Source: a virus
Virus record (IMG/VR): IMGVR_UViG_3300032038_000071
Coordinates: 2,836 to 66,835 of that record
Direction: 5' to 3' (one strand)
Length of the DNA stretch: 64,000 nucleotides
This document shows positions 57,652 to 64,000 of the stretch, piece by piece (the first letter of the stretch is position 1; every line of letters starts with the position of its first letter). The notes below the pieces were generated by a model. It did no database searches and had not been told where the DNA came from. It worked only from the letters and a program-made list of their open reading frames with translations. The position numbers and the translations under genes are program-made.

Positions 57652-57667
57652 CAATTAATTGTTTACA
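57646..57667. promoter_or_regulatory. 22-bp perfect palindrome TGTAAACAATTAATTGTTTACA (operator-like)
   Basis: Read directly. It spans the stop codon of the head-morphogenesis gene and the -35 of the promoter-like site. It shares TTGTAAACAATTAA with 391-404. Confidence 0.6.
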
Positions 57668-58791
57668 TAAAGTCGTTTGTCCAGTTGATTTTTAAATGTA
57701 TCGTACAAAGATTTGTACTTGTTATAGGACACTTCAAATTGCTCTGCCAACTTATCATTATGTGCAGATTTAGCAAGTCTAATTCCATCTTCTGCTTTCT
57801 TCATCTGTCGTCTAAAATAATTCAGCTTTTGTGTACATTCATAAAATGTATAATGTTTTCCATCTTTAGTTGTATATCCACGTTCATTAGCTTTTAAGAT
57901 ATTAGCAAGTTTCTGTTCATCGTATTCCTGTTTTGTAAATCCGACTATTATAGGCTTTGTTAAATGCTTACAATTACAGGTACCTATATGTCTATCAAAC
58001 CCTATATATTTTCTACCTTGTACGTCTATAAAGTCTAATCCACTTTGAATAAACTCCCAATTCTGATTTGTGAATTGATGCCCTTGACAGGGAGCATGGT
58101 CTGGTGCTGGTGCCATATGCGCTGATATTTCTACACCGTCACATTTTAGCTGAATACCAACTGTATCATAAACTTTCTGTGATGTTTCTACCAATACTTG
58201 ACTTACAATGTTTTCCAGCCCCGTATCTGAATTGTAATACCCGTCATTGAATATCTTTAGTCCGCCTATCAAATCAGTTTCGGTATCACGCATCAATGTG
58301 TCAAAATCAAGTTTGGATTTCTTTGCTGTAGTTGCCTTGTCTATTATCTGATTATACGCTTTCTCAATAGGAAGATAAACTTTACCGCCCGGATATTTAC
58401 TATCAGGTAACTTAACATAATAATTGTCTGCTTCACTATATAATCCATTATATAGCAATATCATCATTGTTATTATCTCATTAGTTAAATCAAATATAGG
58501 TCTGTTTGATTTAAACTCTGGAAGTGTAGCTATATCTTCGCAATCAACATAGGTAAAATTAGCAATCGTAAGTATGGCAATTTCTATTTGTTTTCTAATT
58601 TCAACAGCATACTTATTGTTTATTTTACCAATTTCAAATAAATCATCGTAGGAAGCCGAACTTTTAATGTCCGGCTCCTCTTTGATTTTTCCTATTCTCT
58701 GCATTAGCACATTGATTATTTCTGTGCTACATTCAGTCTGCAAATCTCTTATAGGTTTGGATAATTTGTTAAAGATTCTTTCATCTATCAT
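57655..58791 (-). CDS. head morphogenesis protein (SPP1 gp7 / Mu F-like)
   Basis: 378 aa, directly after the portal gene. HAPCQGHQF...HIGTCNCKHLTKPI resembles the conserved H..C...hpnCRC motif of this family. Confidence 0.65.
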   Translation of the reverse strand: MIDERIFNKLSKPIRDLQTECSTEIINVLMQRIGKIKEEPDIKSSASYDDLFEIGKINNKYAVEIRKQIEIAILTIANFTYVDCEDIATLPEFKSNRPIFDLTNEIITMMILLYNGLYSEADNYYVKLPDSKYPGGKVYLPIEKAYNQIIDKATTAKKSKLDFDTLMRDTETDLIGGLKIFNDGYYNSDTGLENIVSQVLVETSQKVYDTVGIQLKCDGVEISAHMAPAPDHAPCQGHQFTNQNWEFIQSGLDFIDVQGRKYIGFDRHIGTCNCKHLTKPIIVGFTKQEYDEQKLANILKANERGYTTKDGKHYTFYECTQKLNYFRRQMKKAEDGIRLAKSAHNDKLAEQFEVSYNKYKSLYDTFKNQLDKRLYVNN

Positions 58792-58794
58792 ACA

Positions 58795-60543
58795 TTAATC
58801 CTTCTTTGGGTCTTTTGGCTTACGCTCATTATCAGTTTCGTCTTTCTTATCCATAGCCTTTTGAGATTCAGTTTTTCTATCCTCTGTATCTCGTCTATCT
58901 TTAAGATTAGACTGCTGGAACGTATTGCCAAGTACAGACTGAACAGCCATATTATCTTCCATATCTTGTAGAGTTTCTTCCTTAATCTTATCAAGTGCTT
59001 CAATAGCCTGTCTTTCAGTTTCACCAAAGTACCACATTCTGTTCTCAACTTTACTAACAAGTCCGTTCTGTTGTAATGAAAGTCGCTTACTTAATTCTGT
59101 GTCCATATCTACAAGAATACTATCATCCCACTCGAATGATACATCATACTCACCATCAGGTGTAATCTCGTATAAATGACAATAAGTGTCCATAATATAG
59201 ATAACATCTTCAAGTGTGTACTGTAATGCTCTTTGTATCTCACTATTGGCAGAATAGCTACGCTGTTTAAGTATCTTAATCTCTGTAGCTGTCTTTGCCT
59301 CAATACCAACATCTGAAAGTGTACCTCTTGAAAGACCAGTTGCATCCTCTATGTGCATAAGAATTGAATTAAGTCCGTTTGTGTATGAATTATCTCTTAA
59401 TGCTGGAGCAAATGGCTCATATGTATCACTGTTGTTTCCTAAATCTACTTCTCGGAAAAGTCTCTGTTGTAATATAGGCTTTATTGTATGATGTACACCC
59501 TTTTCATCTGTCCACTCTCTTAAAGCATCACGGTCTACATCTATAGCCATTTCACCGCCTTCATACTCCCAAAGAAGTCTGCTGTACTGCATATCCGCAT
59601 CCTTAATGAGATTAACTACTCTACTATAACCACTAACTCCTAAAGGACTTAATGTGTCAATAGTGTTAGCCTCTGGCATTTTGAAATACGCAAACAACGG
59701 TCTATCAACATCAGTAATAACTGTTTCTTCACTTAATGCAGACCATTCCGGAACTGCTGTAAGAGGAATAGGATTTCCTAAATCAGCTCCACTATTGTCT
59801 GTTCTTGTATTAGATGATTTGTATGCTTTGTTAATAACTGTTACAGTATTGTTTTCAAACTTATGGTACTCTAATCGTCTATAGATTGTACCTTTATCAG
59901 TCTTTGACTGAATAAAAGCGGCTTCTGTTATCTTACCATTAGCATCAAAGGCAAGTGGATAAAAGTTATCAGCTTGAATGAAGTCGAACTCCATATCATA
60001 TTCAGGCTTTAATGTGTTGGTAACTCTATTACCGTCCTCTGTAATCATCGTCTTAACATTAGCTGTTTCATTCTTAACAACATATGGTTTAATGATAAGA
60101 CCACCCATAGCAATTCCGTATTCCAACTGCCTTCTTATCTGACGTTTCAGTTTCTTATATTGCAAATCAAGGTATTCAGCACGTTTAGAATTTCCTACAG
60201 TTTCAACTTGTTTATCTCCGCCAACTCCTGCTGATGGTGTTATTGTTGTTTTTACTTTAGGTGCTGTAATCTCACTCTGCCATTCAAGTAATGCCATACG
60301 TGCCTTTTCACTTGCAATCAGTGACGGAAGTCCTAAAGATGTAACCCTTGAAGCATCTGCATATGATGGCTCGTGCAACCACGGTGCATGATTTTTATAC
60401 ATATCCTGCCATAACTGTATAGCATTTTCCATTTCAGCAGATATAGTAGGATTAATATGTAATGTTTGTTCAATCGTTGTTCTGCCTATCATCTTATTTA
60501 TTATCTCCTTTATACGCTGTGCGATTGTTGAGAATACTGACAT
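58795..60543 (-). CDS. portal protein (SPP1 gp6-like)
   Basis: 582 aa. It lies between the terminase and head-morphogenesis genes and has an acidic/basic C-terminal tail. Confidence 0.8.
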   Translation of the reverse strand: MSVFSTIAQRIKEIINKMIGRTTIEQTLHINPTISAEMENAIQLWQDMYKNHAPWLHEPSYADASRVTSLGLPSLIASEKARMALLEWQSEITAPKVKTTITPSAGVGGDKQVETVGNSKRAEYLDLQYKKLKRQIRRQLEYGIAMGGLIIKPYVVKNETANVKTMITEDGNRVTNTLKPEYDMEFDFIQADNFYPLAFDANGKITEAAFIQSKTDKGTIYRRLEYHKFENNTVTVINKAYKSSNTRTDNSGADLGNPIPLTAVPEWSALSEETVITDVDRPLFAYFKMPEANTIDTLSPLGVSGYSRVVNLIKDADMQYSRLLWEYEGGEMAIDVDRDALREWTDEKGVHHTIKPILQQRLFREVDLGNNSDTYEPFAPALRDNSYTNGLNSILMHIEDATGLSRGTLSDVGIEAKTATEIKILKQRSYSANSEIQRALQYTLEDVIYIMDTYCHLYEITPDGEYDVSFEWDDSILVDMDTELSKRLSLQQNGLVSKVENRMWYFGETERQAIEALDKIKEETLQDMEDNMAVQSVLGNTFQQSNLKDRRDTEDRKTESQKAMDKKDETDNERKPKDPKKD

Positions 60544-60545
60544 TT

Positions 60546-60791
60546 TTATTCTCCTCTCTTACGCTTTCTACCACGCTTATGTTCATACTTCTTACGTCCA
60601 ACTGTATTAAGTGCTGAATCAATACCCTTCTGATTACTTCCTTTTCTTATGTATCTATCTACTTCATAATCAGAACGAGTAGTGCCTGTAGAACCGGAAC
60701 TCTGTGAACGTGTTTCATACTCATACCGCTGTCGTGGTGACTTTGGTCTTTCTTGTTTCTTACGTTTAGCATATATTCCGCCATTACCCAT
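60546..60791 (-). CDS. highly basic small protein (81 aa)
   Basis: It is rich in K/R throughout (KRKKQERPKSPRQR...KRGRKRKRGE). Confidence 0.55.
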   Translation of the reverse strand: MGNGGIYAKRKKQERPKSPRQRYEYETRSQSSGSTGTTRSDYEVDRYIRKGSNQKGIDSALNTVGRKKYEHKRGRKRKRGE

Positions 60792-60804
60792 TATATTACT
60801 CCTT

Positions 60805-61458
60805 TCATATAGATACTTTTGAACTGATTACTTTTTTATGCACAATGTTTCCTTTAAATTCCACATTTCTCTTACTGTTGCCATATAATAAAATTGCATC
60901 AGGTTCAAGTGTGTCTAACATTTCATCCCAATGCTTTCTATGTGCTTCACCATCATTATACCAAAAATCTCCCATAGTCGATATTGCTATCGTGCTGTGC
61001 TTTGGTAGTCCATCTAAACAGAACTTGAATGTTTCATCATCACTCCACGTTACAGTAGGTACAACTGTTAATCCTTGCTCTTGCCAATAACGTGCGCACC
61101 ATCTGTTCCTGTATGTGTTGTATATTCTAACAGCAAGCGGAGTATCTGTAAAACAACTAAAATCAGGACTTAACGTGTATTTGAATTTTGACAACACATC
61201 TGTATATCTGTCTGGATATTTCCATACACGTTCAAACTGATAATCGTGTAAAAAGAAGTGAACACCTTTGCCCTCAGGATTCTTATCGCCTAAAGCAAAG
61301 TTGAATCCTTGTAATGGAATATTAGTAAGATTATCTATATGCACAGGTTCTAGTTTAGGAATATCATACATACCTGCACCCTCAAACATACCATATGCTA
61401 AGTTACACACATTAGTTTCCATCCATCTTGTTTGTCCTGCATATCTTTTTTCTTCCAT
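60805..61458 (-). CDS. DUF4417-like protein
   Basis: GVHFFLHDYQFERVWKYPDRY...LSPDFSCFTDTPLAVRIYNTYRNRWCARYWQEQGLTVVPTVTW fits my recollection of the DUF4417 pattern (HFF.DDy.FE..W..P......spDfS...d.P......n..r.r..g..wq..G..viPtv.W). Confidence 0.5.
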   Translation of the reverse strand: MEEKRYAGQTRWMETNVCNLAYGMFEGAGMYDIPKLEPVHIDNLTNIPLQGFNFALGDKNPEGKGVHFFLHDYQFERVWKYPDRYTDVLSKFKYTLSPDFSCFTDTPLAVRIYNTYRNRWCARYWQEQGLTVVPTVTWSDDETFKFCLDGLPKHSTIAISTMGDFWYNDGEAHRKHWDEMLDTLEPDAILLYGNSKRNVEFKGNIVHKKVISSKVSI

Positions 61459-62786
61459 TAGTTACCTCGTCTGCTGTAGAATTTTTCAAGTGCGTACCTT
61501 GTAGCATCTATTCCGTGATTGTTTTCATCTGGATAATCACTAATAAAGTTTCCGTCTCTGTCTTGTGCGTATTCGTAAGCAACAAACTCTGCATATGTAT
61601 TAGGACAAGTACGTTTGTCTATATAGATATGACGTAAACCTTGAAGCCACTTTATTCCGTATCTAATACTGTCTGGTCCCTTAACAGCGCCTCTTATATA
61701 AGCACCATAGGCTTTAAAGTCTGCTACTGATTTAGGTTCTGCTGAATCTGCTGTAACCAATTCGTTTCGGTTGATATATTTTTTATCATCATACAACTCT
61801 TCAAAGATTGTAATATTTCTTGTTTGGTGCGAATCCAATTCTCTGAAAATATATAAATCAAGATGTTTAGCATCAAAGTGCATACGAACAAATCTAAATG
61901 GGTCTTTGGCAAAACCCCAGTCAATACCATTGTATATCTTATCAAAAGTAGTCCACATAGGAACTTCCTTTACAGTACCGTCATAGTCAGTAATCTCTAC
62001 AAGCTGTGACATATCTAAATCTTCAACATTAGGAAATACATCACCACCTGTACCTATAGGAATACCCATATACTCATGTTCATATGCTCTTGGATTTATC
62101 TCTTTTAAATCCTCTGCCTCTTCAATAAATATAGGTCCCAACCACTCTGGCGGAACATCTAAATATGTGTTCCTAACTACAAGTGTGTTATCTCTTGTCT
62201 CTGCAATATCCACATACTCATTAGCCCAATTATTCTTACTGATAGGTGGGTTGAATGTTCTAAAGTCCCAAAACTCCGTACCACCACGCATTGTAGACTG
62301 TGTTACTTTTCTTATCTCATTCTCACCTGCAAATTGGTCTAACTCCTCAAACCACGTTATGCCTATATACCCAAACGGAAGTTTGATAGACTTTACCTTG
62401 TCTGGGTCATCAAGTCCCATGAAAAGTATCTGCTGTCCTGTAGGCTTGTATACAATCGGTGTATTGTAATGTTTAGGTATCTGAAATAAACTATCAATAC
62501 CCATCTGATACAATCCCCATTTTACCTGTGAGAAAATACTGTTCTGAATAGTATTAGCAACCTTTCTAAAGCACACAGCATGGATATTAGGGTTTGCCAT
62601 TAACGTAAGCACTAATGCTATGCCTCCCACGAAAGAGGACTTTGTACTTCCTCTTCCGCCCGGGAAAACATAGTGTATATGTCTATGACTTAATATATCT
62701 TCAAGAACATCATCATACATAGGTATAATGCAGTCTTTAATCGGTATTGAAATTTGTGGTTTAGATATTATAGCTTGAACTTCCAA
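61458..62786 (-). CDS. terL: terminase large subunit (TTG start in the ORF track)
   Basis: 442 aa. YVFPGGRGSTKSSF is the Walker A, GITWFEELDQ the Walker B, and the C-terminal nuclease motif is NHGIDATRY. Confidence 0.85.
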   Translation of the reverse strand: MEVQAIISKPQISIPIKDCIIPMYDDVLEDILSHRHIHYVFPGGRGSTKSSFVGGIALVLTLMANPNIHAVCFRKVANTIQNSIFSQVKWGLYQMGIDSLFQIPKHYNTPIVYKPTGQQILFMGLDDPDKVKSIKLPFGYIGITWFEELDQFAGENEIRKVTQSTMRGGTEFWDFRTFNPPISKNNWANEYVDIAETRDNTLVVRNTYLDVPPEWLGPIFIEEAEDLKEINPRAYEHEYMGIPIGTGGDVFPNVEDLDMSQLVEITDYDGTVKEVPMWTTFDKIYNGIDWGFAKDPFRFVRMHFDAKHLDLYIFRELDSHQTRNITIFEELYDDKKYINRNELVTADSAEPKSVADFKAYGAYIRGAVKGPDSIRYGIKWLQGLRHIYIDKRTCPNTYAEFVAYEYAQDRDGNFISDYPDENNHGIDATRYALEKFYSRRGN

Positions 62787-62865
62787 TACTAATGCATCCT
62801 TTCCTCCGCTCTTACCTCAAATGCGTAAGACCTTTCTTCAAGTGGTTTCTTCATGTTCTCACTCC

Positions 62866-64000
62866 CTATAATGTCACGAAATACTCGCCCTCTAATACCT
62901 GCCCGCAATCGGCAAAGATGTTATTCTGACCAAGTAGAGTAGATACTTGCGTTGGTGTGAGTTGATAGGTCTGAGGGGTGGCGAGTGGATATACCACCTG
63001 CGCTCCTGTAGTTGGTGTTGTTCCTGCTGAGTAAGCGTCCATTGAGCTTATCCACGGCTCATTGATTGTCTCGCCGTTATAGCTTGCGATATTCGCATGA
63101 GTTACCCTCAACTCTCCACTCGTCACGTTTAACGTGCCTCCGTAGACTGTGATAGGGTTGTCGCTATTGTCGTGGAAGGGGATGGATGTGGTTGAACCTT
63201 GATATGGTTCGTAGGTGGTAGCGGTTGAACCGAGTTCGAGTTGGATGTCCCTATAATCTCCCGCAACAACATATACTCTTATCATAGCAATTTTGTTTAT
63301 CGCCTCGAAATAAATGATTCGCCTGTTGCCTTCAGTCACTGTGTTATACACAGTTGCGTTAGTTCCGTCATCCATTACAATGGCTATGCTAACGGCACCG
63401 CCCGAAGGTACTGTATCGACTTTAGTGATTGAAAAAACATATTTTCCTGCGGGTAAACTGATATTGCCATTGAAAAGATAGCTATCTGATGTGACCACAA
63501 CATCACTTATGTTTATGAGATTCACTCCGCACCTCGTTACTTTCGCCCCACTCCATCCGCTAATCGGACAGATGTTGGAGTATGGGGAATAAATCATTGT
63601 AGTTTTCTCTCCAGAAACAACCATAGGCTTTAATTTGCAATTCTGATAGGTGAAACCGCCTTCAAGTCTGACTCTAAATTCTACGTTTGAATCATTAGAA
63701 AGCGTGTACTGTCCAACAAAATCACTTGCTGAATTATTGTACGTTGCCAGATAGAATCCTGTGGTTGAAGCTTGAATTCTGGAATTAGTGGTATTCGGGA
63801 ATGTTCCGCTTGCAAAGTCGCATATAGAATATCTTCCTGCCGCCAAACGCTTCGTGAGAGATATGTTTGCGGCGACTGAACAAGTACCATTAAGCGTGAT
63901 AGTTCCATCGTCTGCCGTTGTGTATGTAACCCCGCTCAGGATTCCATTTCCAAGTGCCGGAAATAGATTTACTCCACCACCACCAACCCACGGATTATCA
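62866..64000 (-). CDS. fibre / receptor-binding-like structural protein, 5'-truncated by the window edge
   Basis: I translated the frame of ORF 62866-63846 upstream of its TTG, and it stays open to nt 63999 (...DNPWVGGGGVNLFPALGNGILSGVTYTTADDGTITLNGTCSVAANISLTKRLAAGRYSI...). An internal duplication is visible (VNLFPA...TLNGT...LAAGRYSI versus VNLINIS...LFNGNISLPAGKYVFSI). Confidence 0.6.
   Translation of the reverse strand, partial: DNPWVGGGGVNLFPALGNGILSGVTYTTADDGTITLNGTCSVAANISLTKRLAAGRYSICDFASGTFPNTTNSRIQASTTGFYLATYNNSASDFVGQYTLSNDSNVEFRVRLEGGFTYQNCKLKPMVVSGEKTTMIYSPYSNICPISGWSGAKVTRCGVNLINISDVVVTSDSYLFNGNISLPAGKYVFSITKVDTVPSGGAVSIAIVMDDGTNATVYNTVTEGNRRIIYFEAINKIAMIRVYVVAGDYRDIQLELGSTATTYEPYQGSTTSIPFHDNSDNPITVYGGTLNVTSGELRVTHANIASYNGETINEPWISSMDAYSAGTTPTTGAQVVYPLATPQTYQLTPTQVSTLLGQNNIFADCGQVLEGEYFVTL

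Noticed and set aside
62787-62865. A 21-codon ORF (MKKPLEERSYAFEVRAEERMH) between the fibre-like gene and terL.
   Set aside because: It is very short and nothing supports it beyond an SD-like GGGAGTGAG upstream of its ATG. It is more likely part of the terL leader.
849-63432. All plus-strand ORFs in the supplied track (for example 849-1052, 1342-1674, 12221-12568, 17755-18198, 22944-23411, 44792-45235, 47666-48310, 49121-49654, 49922-50380).
   Set aside because: Each lies antisense to a longer minus-strand ORF with a recognisable function or a strong SD. None has its own SD. Their translations are Ser/Leu/Phe/Cys-rich, as expected from reading AT-rich coding DNA backwards.
13712-63908. Minus-strand ORFs nested out of frame inside larger genes (13712-13921, 23734-23955, 24544-24768, 30018-30215, 43137-43334, 48138-48344, 48879-49097, 49917-50114, 50745-50927, 55542-55724, 58788-59060, 59109-59345, 61724-61945, 63681-63908).
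   Set aside because: They lie entirely within well-supported genes (polA, primase, tape measure, capsid, portal, terL and others). They have no SD and no recognisable motifs.
62866-64000. Higher GC content of the right-end gene taken as evidence of recent horizontal acquisition.
   Set aside because: Other structural genes, such as the fibre and tape-measure regions, are similarly GC-enriched relative to the early region. The shift is not specific to this gene.

Overview
This 64-kb window is part of a tailed dsDNA phage or prophage from a low-GC Gram-positive host. It is AT-rich and nearly every gene has a GGAGG-type Shine-Dalgarno site. All convincing genes lie on the minus strand, so transcription runs right to left. 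In that order the window holds a 5'-truncated fibre-like gene, terL, a DUF4417-like gene and the portal. Next come the head-morphogenesis gene, a BhlA/XhlA-like plus holin pair, the scaffold, the major capsid and the connectors. These are followed by the tail tube, chaperones, a 1285-aa tape measure, tail-tip and fibre genes, and a small sigma-region-4-like regulator. An 8-gene orphan cassette of low-complexity Gly/Cys/Tyr-rich proteins follows, bracketed by terminators. The replication and recombination region starts with an SNF2 helicase that carries an intein. It continues with an initiator, a DnaC-like loader, DnaB and primase, a nucleotidyltransferase fusion, SSB, PolA, an ABC-ATPase/GNAT fusion and a beta clamp. 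It ends with a Cas4-like nuclease, a Lar-like protein, RecU, a SleB-like lipoprotein, a divergent ThyX-like protein, RecA, a MazF-like gene and a gamma/delta'/delta clamp loader. About 20 small early genes come next, then an isolated terS. Three long AT-rich non-coding hubs (1-793, 3885-4143, 6403-6994) and about a dozen TTGACA-N17-TAnAAT promoters with shared flanking motifs divide the genome into transcription units. I found no rRNA, tRNA, CRISPR array, integrase or transposase. Function calls rest on motifs read by eye from the translations. No database search was run, so family names are hypotheses to confirm.
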